This document shows, piece by piece, positions 39,292 to 48,809 of a stretch of 64,000 bases of DNA. Under the pieces are notes generated by a model. It searched no databases and was not told the origin of the DNA. It was given only the letters and a program-made list of their open reading frames with translations. A program made the translations under genes and the position numbers. The DNA is from a bacterium. GTDB taxonomy: Bacteria > Electryoneota > Electryoneia > Electryoneales > Electryoneaceae. Location of the stretch: contig JAZDLX010000007.1 of assembly GCA_043801585.1 (NCBI GenBank), positions 1-64,000 on the forward strand, read 5' to 3'. Position 1 is the stretch's first letter; each line of letters begins with the position of its first letter.

Positions 39292-41040
39292 ATGCTGCCT
39301 TTCCTGAGAAATCTGTCCCCCTATTACCGGTCTTACCGTGGCCGCGTTTTTCTGGGACTTTTCTTTTCCCTCGTCGGGAACATGTTCACCGTGGCGGGGC
39401 CGTGGTACATCCGCCTCGCGATCAACGGGTTGCAGACGAGCATCACCCACCAGAAACTCTGGACCTACGCGGGTATGATCCTGCTCGTTGCAGCCGCGTC
39501 CGGACTCTTCCGTTTCTTCACGCGCCGTCTGGTGATCGGCGTCAGCAGGTTTATCGAATACGACATGCGCCAGAAGTTGATCCGGCATCTGCTCAAGCTT
39601 GAACCCGCTTTTTTCGACCGCAGCCGCGTGGGCGACCTGATGACTCGATCGACCAGCGACATCGAGCAGGTGCGGATGGTCGTCGGTCCCGCGCTGATGT
39701 ACATGACAGGGACGGTCACCAGTTTTATCTTTGCCCTTGTGTTGATGGCGAAGATCAGTCCGAAGATGACCACCATCGTGCTGTTCATTGCGCCGCTGAT
39801 GGGAGTGTTGGTCTATTTCCTGGGGCGGCTTGAGCACAAAGCCTCCGCGGAGGCACAGGCGGCATTTTCCGACATTTCCGCGATGGTGCAGGAAAATCTT
39901 GCGGGTATTCGTGTTGTCAAGGCATTCCGCCAGATCCCGCAACAGGAGGCGTTTTTCGCCAGGCGAAGCGACACTCTTCGTCTGAAAAACCTGAAGATGG
40001 TGTTCATTGACGGCTCCTACATGCCGCTGATCATGCTGGTGATGGGCAGCGGGATCGCGGGAATTCTGCTCGTCGGTGGGCAGCAGATCATCGCCGGAAA
40101 ATTGCTGGTCGGCGATTTCGTCGCCTTCATCAGTTACCTGATGATGCTCGCCTGGCCGATGATCTCCACCGGCTGGGTGGTCAGCCTGCTGCAACGGGGG
40201 CGGGCCAGCCTTGAGCGCATCCATCATCTGCTCGACAGAGAGCCGCGACTTGTCGATCCCGTCGAGGGCGCCGTTGTCGAGCCCCGCAAACCGGGGACGC
40301 TGGAATTCGGCAAAGTCTCCTTCCGTTATCCGGAGACTGACGTTGACGTGTTGCGTGAAGTATCCTTCAAGGTGAAATCCGGCGGGACACTCGGCATCGT
40401 CGGGCGTGTGGGCTGCGGCAAGTCGACGATTGCGCATCTGTTGACGAGGATGTATGCGACGGAGCAGGGGAAGGTTCGCGTCGAAGGGGTGGACATGCGT
40501 GACTGGGAGTCCGTCGCCCTGCGAAAGGGGATCGCCGTGGTTCCCCAGGATCCGCTCCTGTTCAGCACTTCGATCCGGGAAAACATCAATCTTGGCGGGG
40601 ATTACAGCGATGCAGAGCTCGATCGGGCGGTCGAGATCAGCCGTCTTGTTCAGGACATTCCGGACTTCCCCAACGGGCTGGAAACGGAGGTTGGAGAACG
40701 TGGGATCACACTCTCCGGCGGCCAGAAGCAGCGTGTCGCCATTGCCCGCGCGTTGATCCGCGATCCACGGATCGTCATCTTCGATGACGCCCTCTCCGCC
40801 GTGGATGCGGAAACGGAAGAGATGATTCTGAAAAACTTCAAGACTTACTTGAAGAATCGGACAACCGTCATCATCAGTCACCGCGTCACATCGGTCGCCA
40901 ACGCCGACGAGATCATCGTCATGGATCGCGGCGAGATCCTCGAACGGGGCACGCACGCCGACCTCGTGCGGAAACGCGGAGCCTATGCCCAACTCTTCCG
41001 CGAACAGAGGATCAGCGCGGAGCTGGAGGATGCGGCATGA
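39292..41040 (+). CDS. ABC exporter, fused permease/ATPase (degenerate half)
   Basis: GRVGCGKST, LSGGQKQR and Walker B IFDD. Confidence 0.95.
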   Translation: MLPFLRNLSPYYRSYRGRVFLGLFFSLVGNMFTVAGPWYIRLAINGLQTSITHQKLWTYAGMILLVAAASGLFRFFTRRLVIGVSRFIEYDMRQKLIRHLLKLEPAFFDRSRVGDLMTRSTSDIEQVRMVVGPALMYMTGTVTSFIFALVLMAKISPKMTTIVLFIAPLMGVLVYFLGRLEHKASAEAQAAFSDISAMVQENLAGIRVVKAFRQIPQQEAFFARRSDTLRLKNLKMVFIDGSYMPLIMLVMGSGIAGILLVGGQQIIAGKLLVGDFVAFISYLMMLAWPMISTGWVVSLLQRGRASLERIHHLLDREPRLVDPVEGAVVEPRKPGTLEFGKVSFRYPETDVDVLREVSFKVKSGGTLGIVGRVGCGKSTIAHLLTRMYATEQGKVRVEGVDMRDWESVALRKGIAVVPQDPLLFSTSIRENINLGGDYSDAELDRAVEISRLVQDIPDFPNGLETEVGERGITLSGGQKQRVAIARALIRDPRIVIFDDALSAVDAETEEMILKNFKTYLKNRTTVIISHRVTSVANADEIIVMDRGEILERGTHADLVRKRGAYAQLFREQRISAELEDAA

Positions 41041-42812
41041 GCGCGACTTCCATCCACGAAGAGGAAAAGCTCGGAGTCGTCTTCGAGCCTCAGCTCATCC
41101 GGCGTCTGTTCAAATACGTCAGGCCTTACAGCTGGAAGGTCGCGATCTCGGTCGTGCTGCTGCTGGCGGCGGCAGGGTTGGAACAGGTCGGGCCGTGGTT
41201 GACAAAACTCGCTGTCGATGAGCACATGACGAAGGGGGATTACCCCGGCCTGCTGAAAATCGTGATCCTTTTCGGCGGTGTCTACCTGGCCCTCAGCATC
41301 ATTCGGATCGCCCAGACGTTTCTCACCGGGTGGGTCGGGGAGTCGGTGATCTACGACCTCCGCCGGGAACTCTTTTCTCACATCCAAAGCCAGAGCCTGC
41401 GGTTCTTCGATCGCAATCCGGTGGGGAGGCTGGTAACCCGTCTGACCAGCGATGTGCAAACCCTGTCCGAAATCTTCACCAGCGGTATCGTCGTCTTCTT
41501 CGGGGATATTTTCACCCTCGTGGGAATCATTGTCGCGATGATGCTGCTGAACGTCAAGCTTGCCATCGTCGCGTTTCTGATGGTTCCGCTGATGGTGTCC
41601 ATCACGTTCATCTTCAAGAATCGGCTGCGTGATGCATACCGTAACGTGCGTTTGAAAACGGCGGCGATCAATTCATTTCTGCAGGAACATTTGAGCGGCA
41701 TTCGGATCGTTCAACTCTTCAACCATCAGAAGCATACGGACGAGGCGTTCGCCGAAGTCAACCGTGATTTTCGCACGGCGAACCTCGGCACCGTTGCTCT
41801 GTTCAGTGCGTTTTTCCCGTTGCTGGAACTGGTCAGCGCCCTCGCGGTTGCGGCAATCATCCTGCGAGGAGGTTATCTCTCTCTGGAAGGCGCGGTGACA
41901 GTGGGCGTATTGATCGCCTTCCTGCAATACACTGAGCGGTTTTTCCGGCCGATCCGTGATCTCGCGGAAAAATGGAACATTTTCCAGTCCGGGATGGCCA
42001 GCGCGGAACGCGTTTTCAAGCTTCTGGACACGGCTCCGCAAATTGTTGACGCCAAGGATGCCGGTTGCTGCGATGAAGCACAGGGGAGAATTGTCTTTGA
42101 CGATGTTCACTTTTCCTATGACGGGAACGAGGAAGTGCTTCGTGGCGTCAGCTTCTCCATCGAGCCGGGACAGACGGTGGCGATTGTCGGCGTGACAGGA
42201 GCGGGGAAAAGCACCATCATCAACCTCATCGGCCGTTTCTATGATACCACAAAGGGATCGATCCTGATTGACGGCAGGGATGTCCGCCAGTGGAAACGGG
42301 ATCTGCTCCTGCGCCACATCGCCTATGTGCATCAGGACGTATTTCTCTTCAGTGGGACCATTCGCGAGAACATCGCTCTGCTCGACGATTACAGCGACGA
42401 GGTGGTGCTTAATGCGGCCAAGACCGTGCATGCGGACCGGTTCATCCAGGCGCTGCCGCGGAGGTTTGACGAACCTGTGACCGAGCGGGGAAGCACCTTC
42501 TCGAGCGGTCAACGGCAATTGCTCTCCTTTGCGCGGGCGCTGGTACGCGATCCGAAGATCCTCGTGCTCGACGAGGCAACCAGCTCGGTGGATCCGGAAA
42601 CGGAGCGGCTGATTCAGGACGCCATGGAGAAATTGATGGAAGGGCGGACGTCGATCATCGTGGCGCACCGTTTGAGCACGGTGATGAACGCGGACCTCAT
42701 CCTGGTGATGCACAAAGGCCTCCTCCGCGAACAGGGAACCCACAAAGAACTGGTTGCCGAAAAAGGCATCTACTGGCGTCTGTTCCAGACTCAATACAAA
42801 CAGGTTTCCTGA
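41037..42812 (+). CDS. ABC exporter, fused permease/ATPase (partner half; MdlAB/YheIH-type heterodimer)
   Basis: GVTGAGKST, FSSGQRQ and VLDEAT. Confidence 0.95.
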   Translation: MSATSIHEEEKLGVVFEPQLIRRLFKYVRPYSWKVAISVVLLLAAAGLEQVGPWLTKLAVDEHMTKGDYPGLLKIVILFGGVYLALSIIRIAQTFLTGWVGESVIYDLRRELFSHIQSQSLRFFDRNPVGRLVTRLTSDVQTLSEIFTSGIVVFFGDIFTLVGIIVAMMLLNVKLAIVAFLMVPLMVSITFIFKNRLRDAYRNVRLKTAAINSFLQEHLSGIRIVQLFNHQKHTDEAFAEVNRDFRTANLGTVALFSAFFPLLELVSALAVAAIILRGGYLSLEGAVTVGVLIAFLQYTERFFRPIRDLAEKWNIFQSGMASAERVFKLLDTAPQIVDAKDAGCCDEAQGRIVFDDVHFSYDGNEEVLRGVSFSIEPGQTVAIVGVTGAGKSTIINLIGRFYDTTKGSILIDGRDVRQWKRDLLLRHIAYVHQDVFLFSGTIRENIALLDDYSDEVVLNAAKTVHADRFIQALPRRFDEPVTERGSTFSSGQRQLLSFARALVRDPKILVLDEATSSVDPETERLIQDAMEKLMEGRTSIIVAHRLSTVMNADLILVMHKGLLREQGTHKELVAEKGIYWRLFQTQYKQVS

Positions 42813-42877
42813 ACGGGTGGACCTCACCCCTGATGATGTGCTATTTTGGCCCATCCAAGACCCCTGACAGGCGGCGT

Positions 42878-43933
42878 ATGGCTCAGATCCGACGCAAACG
42901 ATCCTCAGCCCCGGCGGGCATCACACCACGGGAGTTTCACTCGCGAGCTTCGGCGGGGACTCTCGCGCCTGTCTATGTCGCTCTCGGCGGCGAACCGCTG
43001 CTGCTCGACGAAGTCCTCGAAACCATCCGCACGGCTGTCGTTGATGAGACCACCCGGGATTTCAATCTGGATATCGTTTATGGCGAGGACACGACCGCGC
43101 AGGCGCTCGCCGCCGCCATCGGTGCATTGCCGATGATGTCGGCGAAACGTGCCGTTGCGGTGAAACGCGCGGGAGACCTCCCTGTCCAGGCGAGAACCTA
43201 CCTTGCGGAGTACTCGAAAAAACCCGTGGACAGCACCGTGCTGGTGCTGCTGTTCGATGAGGAGACTTCGGCAGCGTGGGTGGAGAAATTCGTGGAGGCG
43301 GTGGTGGTGATCGATTGCCGCTCGCCACGCGGAGCGGCGTTGCGTCAATGGGCTGTTTCCTGCGTTCACTCCCTCGATGCAGAGATCGATGATGACGCTC
43401 TCGACCTGCTGACGGATTCTCCGGGAGTCCGCCTGATCGATCTCGCGGGCGAACTGGAAAAAGCCTCGCTGCTCGCGGGTGATGGAGGCAGAATCACCCT
43501 CGAGATCATGCAGCAGGTGTGGGGCGTCGAACCCGAGATCAACATCTGGGCGTTCATGGACCGTATCGCCGCTGGCAACCGGCTGTCCGCGCTGCGTGAC
43601 ATGGGAAAAATGCGGGAGAACCTGTCCAAACCCAAGGAATCAGGACTGGTTTTCTCTCAGACCATCCGCCGCTGGCGGATGGCATTGAAAGAACGGATCT
43701 ACGACAGGCAGCGAGTCCCCTTCGATAAAAGGACCTGGTCGGGCAACACGAAGCGTCAGTGGCAGATGGCTGCATCGGACCTCAAATCGCTTCCGGAGTC
43801 CGTCGCTGAAAAGGCGCTGGACAGGATGCTTACCTTTGACCGCGATCGAAAAACCCGCTCGATGGATGTGCTGAATGCCTTCGAGCGCCTGATTCACACA
43901 ATTGCTCTGGACCGTCAGCGAACGAAAAAATGA
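42878..43933 (+). CDS. holA: DNA polymerase III delta subunit
   Basis: PVYVALGGEP, DFNLDIVYGED, LPMMSAKR and ELEK. Confidence 0.85.
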   Translation: MAQIRRKRSSAPAGITPREFHSRASAGTLAPVYVALGGEPLLLDEVLETIRTAVVDETTRDFNLDIVYGEDTTAQALAAAIGALPMMSAKRAVAVKRAGDLPVQARTYLAEYSKKPVDSTVLVLLFDEETSAAWVEKFVEAVVVIDCRSPRGAALRQWAVSCVHSLDAEIDDDALDLLTDSPGVRLIDLAGELEKASLLAGDGGRITLEIMQQVWGVEPEINIWAFMDRIAAGNRLSALRDMGKMRENLSKPKESGLVFSQTIRRWRMALKERIYDRQRVPFDKRTWSGNTKRQWQMAASDLKSLPESVAEKALDRMLTFDRDRKTRSMDVLNAFERLIHTIALDRQRTKK

Positions 43934-44514
43934 ATGATCCCGGCTACCATGACATGGCTGACGAGGAGCTGATGGCCCTCGTTCAGGAGAATGATGAGGT
44001 CGCGTTCGAGCTGCTGGTCGAACGCTATCAACACGTTCTCGCCTCATTTGTCAGTCGCTATCTCGGGCACGGCGACCAGGTGCAGGACATCCTTCAGGAG
44101 ACCTTCATTCGGGTCTGGCGCCACCGTAAGCACTATAGAACCGTTGCCAAGTTTTCGACCTGGATTTACACTATCGCCGGAAATCTTGCGAAAACGGAGC
44201 TCCGCCGTTGGAAAGTGCGCCGCTCCGTGCCGATTCGCACCGGTGGTGAGTCACCGGAAGACGAAGCGGTGGACCTCGTTGACGAAGATGCCGATCCCAC
44301 GGACAATACCCGTCGTGAAGAGATTCGCGAAACGATCACGCGTGAAATTCAGCTTCTTCCGGAGGTTTACCGGCAGGCGGTGATTCTTCGTGACCTCGAA
44401 GACAAGAGCTACGAAGAGATTTCGGAACTCCTTGATGTTCCAGTTGGTACTGTAAAATCAAGAGTTAATCGCGGACGTGAACGCTTGCAGGTGCGTCTTC
44501 GCGGGCTGCTTTGA
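43930..44514 (+). CDS. ECF RNA polymerase sigma factor
   Basis: QDILQETF, FSTWIYTIA and SYEEIS...GTVKSRVNRGR. Confidence 0.95.
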   Translation: MNDPGYHDMADEELMALVQENDEVAFELLVERYQHVLASFVSRYLGHGDQVQDILQETFIRVWRHRKHYRTVAKFSTWIYTIAGNLAKTELRRWKVRRSVPIRTGGESPEDEAVDLVDEDADPTDNTRREEIRETITREIQLLPEVYRQAVILRDLEDKSYEEISELLDVPVGTVKSRVNRGRERLQVRLRGLL

Positions 44515-44552
44515 GTCTCCGGAGCAGTCCTCGGCAAAATTGCCGTGTTCAG

Positions 44553-44578
44553 GGAACCGGAGGCGGTCAACTGCGTAT
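44553..44578 (+). promoter_or_regulatory. ECF-type promoter upstream of the anti-sigma gene
   Basis: GGAAC-N16-CGTAT. Confidence 0.55.
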
Positions 44579-44675
44579 CTCCTTCAGAACAGGAGGCCGG
44601 GAAAGGGGATTTCGGTTAGAAACGTTCGACCCACATTGGAGTATTTACCGACACATTTGAACAGGGTCCGGGTGG

Positions 44676-45239
44676 ATGATGAAGCTTCATGAGTTTGAGA
44701 ACCTGTGGGCGCGGCGTGAAGAGCTGTCGCCACAGCAGCGTGCGGAGCTGGAACGCTTCGCGCAATCCGATCGGTTTGCTCGCTCATTCGTCCAAAAGGG
44801 CGAAAGTGTCCGAAGCCTGATGAGGGGATTTGAGGGCGAGCGGGCTCCCGAAGGGTTTGCCTACCGTATGCGGGTGTACGCCGCAAATCACCGGGATGAA
44901 AGTGTACCGGTTCCAGTTGATCGGAGAGCATGGCTCCGTTGGCCGGCAATGTCCATGGGGCTGGTAGCCGGCGCGATGCTGGTTCTCTTTGCCTTTGGTC
45001 CGATGCTCGGCAAACACGGACAGGTTCCGAGTGCAGGCATGGCTGAGGATCAAGCCAACCAGGTGAACGCCGCTCCTGAAGTTGAGAAAGGCTTGCCGGA
45101 AACGGCTGTGGCGCAGGACGACCTCGCTGAGAACTCTGACAGTCTTTCGGCGCAGGAGCGCACCCAAGACCGTGGCCCGCGGGCACAGGAATCATTGCCC
45201 GACTGGGATTTGCACACTGTCAGTACCGGGGACAATTGA
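44676..45239 (+). CDS. Probable single-pass anti-sigma factor
   Basis: Follows the ECF gene; helical N-terminus, APEGF, one TM helix and an acidic tail. Confidence 0.7.
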   Translation: MMKLHEFENLWARREELSPQQRAELERFAQSDRFARSFVQKGESVRSLMRGFEGERAPEGFAYRMRVYAANHRDESVPVPVDRRAWLRWPAMSMGLVAGAMLVLFAFGPMLGKHGQVPSAGMAEDQANQVNAAPEVEKGLPETAVAQDDLAENSDSLSAQERTQDRGPRAQESLPDWDLHTVSTGDN

Positions 45240-45337
45240 TCGGATAGGGCGTTTGGGCTGAATTCGTCTTTAGAAAACAGATAGATGGACTCCAACTTCC
45301 GGCGCTCTCGACGGCGTCTGGTGTGATTGCAGTTTCA

Positions 45338-45382
45338 GCGTCACGGCGTTACCTTTGTCGCCTGTGACGCGTTTTTTTTTAT
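45338..45382 (+). terminator. Intrinsic terminator overlapping a candidate sigma70 promoter (TTGCAG-N17-TACCTT, 45327-45355)
   Basis: gcgtcacggcg ... cgcctgtgacgc followed by T9. Confidence 0.65.
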
Positions 45383-45402
45383 TTGCACATCAGGAGTAGA
45401 AC

Positions 45403-45600
45403 ATGGCGAAGGCAAAATCCTTCCAGGCCAAATTGGCCAAAGGCAAAAGCGTCTCGAAACGGTTCAACCGGGCGGGGGAAGAAATCATCACGGTGAAAGT
45501 GCTGAAACCGACCGAAGTTCTTGGAAAACCGGGAGTTTTCCGCTACCGTGAAGTGTTTATGGACGTTACCCCCTCAAACGAGAAAGAGATCTTTGGCTAA
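45403..45600 (+). CDS. Small basic protein, DUF4295/bL38-like
   Basis: AGGAG RBS; MAKAKSFQAKLAK...VKVLKP...GVFRYRE. Confidence 0.6.
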   Translation: MAKAKSFQAKLAKGKSVSKRFNRAGEEIITVKVLKPTEVLGKPGVFRYREVFMDVTPSNEKEIFG

Positions 45601-46774
45601 GCCGCTTCGACGAGCTTTTCTGGTCGTGATGGATGGCGTCGGGGTGGGCAATGCCCCCGACGCCTCTGCATTCGGTGATGAAGGGAGTGACACCCTCGGG
45701 AATCTGTCCCGCGCCGTAGGGGGGCTTCGTTTGCCCACGTTCCAGAAGCTCGGTCTCGGTAATCTCGCCGTCATCGAAGGGGTGCCACCGGTCCAGTCCC
45801 CCCTCGCCGCTTATGGGCGGTTGCAGGAGGTTTCTTCCGGGAAGGACTCCATCAACGGCCACTGGGAACTCTGCGGCCTGCCCACGGAGCTTCCATTCCC
45901 GACCTACTCGAATGCGTTTCCCGCAGACGTTGTCGAATTGGTCCGCAGGATTTCCGGACGCGGGGTGATCGGCAACGAGGTCGCCAGCGGCACGGAAATC
46001 ATGGCACGGTTGGGCGGAGAACACGTTCGCAGCGGCGATCTGATCCTTTACACCTCCGCCGATTCCGTACTCCAGATCCTGGCGCATGAAGAGGTCGTGC
46101 CGCTTGACGAACTCTACCGTATCTGCGAGGACATTCACAAGGCTCTGCCGCCGAAACACCGCGTCGGGCGTGTGATCGCCCGTCCGTTCGTGGGTGAGGA
46201 TGGCGCGTTCGTGCGGACTGCGAACCGCAGGGATTACGCGGTGGAGCCTCCAGCGGATACCGTGCTGGACGTGCTGCACCGGGCGGGAGTGCCCGTACAC
46301 GGCGTCGGAAAAGTGGACACGCTGTTTGCGGGACGCGGGTATGCCACTGCGACCCACACCAAGGACAACAGGCAGGGCTTCGACCTGACGCTCGAGAAAA
46401 TCAATACCATGGACCGTGGGCTGGTGTTCACGAACCTTCTCGACTTTGATACGCAGTGGGGCCATCGCAACGACATTCCCGGATTCCATAAGGGAATGGA
46501 AGAGCTCGATCAGTGGCTTCCGAGCTGGCTGGAAGCTCTCAAGCCGGGCGATCTGATGCTGATGACCGCTGACCACGGCAACGATCCGACGACGCCCAGC
46601 ACGGACCATTCACGGGAGCATGTCCCTCTTCTCGCGATTCTCGAGGGAGGGGTGCAGGGTGTGGACCTTGGACTGCGCCTCGGATTCATGGACGCCGGTG
46701 CAACAATTGCTGAATTCTTCGATGTCCCGTGGGCAGGTGCGGGCAAATCCTTCCTCTCAGATCTTCAACGCTGA
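45593..46774 (+). CDS. deoB: Phosphopentomutase
   Basis: VMDGVGVG, GKDSINGHWE, YTSADSV, GHRND and TADHGNDPT. Confidence 0.96.
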   Translation: MAKPLRRAFLVVMDGVGVGNAPDASAFGDEGSDTLGNLSRAVGGLRLPTFQKLGLGNLAVIEGVPPVQSPLAAYGRLQEVSSGKDSINGHWELCGLPTELPFPTYSNAFPADVVELVRRISGRGVIGNEVASGTEIMARLGGEHVRSGDLILYTSADSVLQILAHEEVVPLDELYRICEDIHKALPPKHRVGRVIARPFVGEDGAFVRTANRRDYAVEPPADTVLDVLHRAGVPVHGVGKVDTLFAGRGYATATHTKDNRQGFDLTLEKINTMDRGLVFTNLLDFDTQWGHRNDIPGFHKGMEELDQWLPSWLEALKPGDLMLMTADHGNDPTTPSTDHSREHVPLLAILEGGVQGVDLGLRLGFMDAGATIAEFFDVPWAGAGKSFLSDLQR

Positions 46775-46782
46775 GGCATCCC

Positions 46783-47370
46783 ATGCGACGGCTGTACGTC
46801 TCCACTCGCAACCGTCACAAGCTGGAGGAGTTGCGCATCCTCCTGGGCGATACGGTCGAGTTGCACCATCCCGGTCCGGACGATCCTGATGTGGAAGAAA
46901 CCGGGCAAACCCTGTTTGAAAATGCGCTGCTCAAGGCCCGTGCGGGTTTTACACGGTCCGGCATCCCTACTCTCGCGGATGATACCGGGCTCGAGGTGGA
47001 CGCGCTGGACGGGGCCCCGGGGGTCTATTCTTCCCGTTACGCAGGCGAGCGTGCAACCTATGAAGAGAATCGGCACAAGCTTATCGAAGTGATCCGGCAG
47101 TTTCCCGAGGAGGCTCGGACGGCGCGTTTTCGCAGCATCATCGTCTATGTTGACGGGGTTCGGGAGTTGCACTTTGAGGGAGAAGTTGAGGGGACGATCC
47201 TGACCGACGAACGGGGAACCAATGGTTTCGGGTACGACTCCGTTTTTCTTCCGAAGGGGGAGACCCGGACGATGGCGGAAATGACGGACAGGGAGAAAAA
47301 CGCCATTAGCCACCGGGGCAGGGCGCTACGGGCATTTTTGCAATGGTGGAAATCGGAGGATGCTGGATAG
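46783..47370 (+). CDS. rdgB: Non-canonical purine NTP pyrophosphatase
   Basis: ADDTGLEVDALDGAPGVYS, GFGYD and KNAISHRGRA. Confidence 0.96.
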   Translation: MRRLYVSTRNRHKLEELRILLGDTVELHHPGPDDPDVEETGQTLFENALLKARAGFTRSGIPTLADDTGLEVDALDGAPGVYSSRYAGERATYEENRHKLIEVIRQFPEEARTARFRSIIVYVDGVRELHFEGEVEGTILTDERGTNGFGYDSVFLPKGETRTMAEMTDREKNAISHRGRALRAFLQWWKSEDAG

Positions 47371-47399
47371 ATGGATCTGATGGCAGGGAGCGAAACGTC

Positions 47400-48575
47400 A
47401 TGACTGGCGGTGGAAGCGGCAAAAGGTTTGTCTATCTCGACCACAGTGCGACCACGCCCGTCGATCCTCGAGTCGCTGAGGTTGTGCACCGTGCGATGGT
47501 CGAGGGTTGGGGAAATCCGTCGAGTCGCTACGAGAAAGGCAACGAGGCGAAGCTGATCCTTGACGAAGCCCGCCAAAGGATAGCGGAACTGCTCGGAGTG
47601 CAACCCGATGAGCTTTTCTTCACCTCCGGCGGTACGGAAGCGGACAACCTTGCGCTATTGGGCGCCATGGAGGTGTTGAGGCAAAAAGGGCGCAATCATC
47701 TCGTCGTCAGCACTCTTGAACACTCGGCGATCCTTCTGGCGGCGGAATACCTCCGTGACGAGGGTTTCGACGTCACGTTTCTCAAGGTGGGGAGTGATGG
47801 CGTTGTCGATCCGTCCGACCTGCGCAAAGCGATGAAAAAGACAACGGCCCTTGTCAGCGTGATGCATGTGAACAACGAGATCGGCACGATTCAGCCGGTC
47901 GCCGAACTTGCCGAAGTCGCACACAAGGCCGGGGCACTGTTTCACACCGATGGCGTTCAATCGTACGGGAAGCTGCCGCTGCCGGTCAGCGAGATCGGTG
48001 CGGACCTCGCGAGCATCTCTTCACACAAGATTTACGGGCCAAAGGGTGTCGGCGCCCTTTTTGTCCGCAAGGGTGTCGAACTTGTTCCACGGAGTTGGGG
48101 TGGCAAGCAGGAACGCGGCATCCGCACCGGAACCGAAAACATGCCGGGGATCGCCGGTTTCGCCGAGGCATCGCGCATCTGCGCTCACGTGATGAGTGAA
48201 GATGCCGAGCGTATCGGCGCTCTGCAGGAGGAGTTCCATCGGCAGGTTGTGGATGCCTGCGACGGCGACGTTTTTCTGAACGGCAGCGCCGATCAGCGCA
48301 TTTATCTCAACCTGAACCTCCGCTTCGAGGGAGTTGAGGGTGAGTCCCTGTTGCTCGCGCTGGATCTGGACGGTATCGCGGTTTCCACCGGTTCGGCGTG
48401 CAGCAGCGGGTCGACGAAACCGTCCCATGTGCTGATTGCGATCGGGATGAGTCAGCAGGCTGCTCACGAGTCGCTGAGGTTGACCCTCGGCCGCTCGAAC
48501 ACCGGCGAAGATCTCACCTGGGTAGCGTCACGTATCGGCTATCATGTCAAACGCCTGCGGGCGATGGCGTTTTAA
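47400..48575 (+). CDS. iscS: Cysteine desulfurase (IscS/NifS type)
   Basis: YLDHSATTP, SSHKIYGPKG and STGSACSS; adjacent to mnmA. Confidence 0.93.
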   Translation: MTGGGSGKRFVYLDHSATTPVDPRVAEVVHRAMVEGWGNPSSRYEKGNEAKLILDEARQRIAELLGVQPDELFFTSGGTEADNLALLGAMEVLRQKGRNHLVVSTLEHSAILLAAEYLRDEGFDVTFLKVGSDGVVDPSDLRKAMKKTTALVSVMHVNNEIGTIQPVAELAEVAHKAGALFHTDGVQSYGKLPLPVSEIGADLASISSHKIYGPKGVGALFVRKGVELVPRSWGGKQERGIRTGTENMPGIAGFAEASRICAHVMSEDAERIGALQEEFHRQVVDACDGDVFLNGSADQRIYLNLNLRFEGVEGESLLLALDLDGIAVSTGSACSSGSTKPSHVLIAIGMSQQAAHESLRLTLGRSNTGEDLTWVASRIGYHVKRLRAMAF

Positions 48576-48601
48576 GAGTCGCGTAAAGGCTCAATGAAAT
48601 A

Positions 48602-48775
48602 GTCATCCTGAACGAAGTGAAGGATCTATGTTTTGCAGTTGTTCAGGTGAACACAGAGGCGGATCTGACGCTGAGAACCAACACAAAGATTCTTCACTTC
48701 GTTCAGAATGACGAAGGGGTGAGCGTTTCAGGCGGATCGCGGGGCGGGTGGCCCGATCCTTCAGGGTCGGGTTTC
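48602..48775. repeat. Palindromic repeat element plus REP-like hairpin
   Basis: Arms 48602-48627 and 48687-48712 are 24/26 complementary; hairpin 48746-48775 is shared with 20152-20181. Confidence 0.88.
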
Positions 48776-48809
48776 AGGTAGGATTTAGTTAAATTGGTGG
48801 TGTAACAAC

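Noticed and set aside
39292..42812. Degenerate Walker B as a novelty
   Set aside because: One degenerate ATP site is the normal state of heterodimeric ABC exporters.
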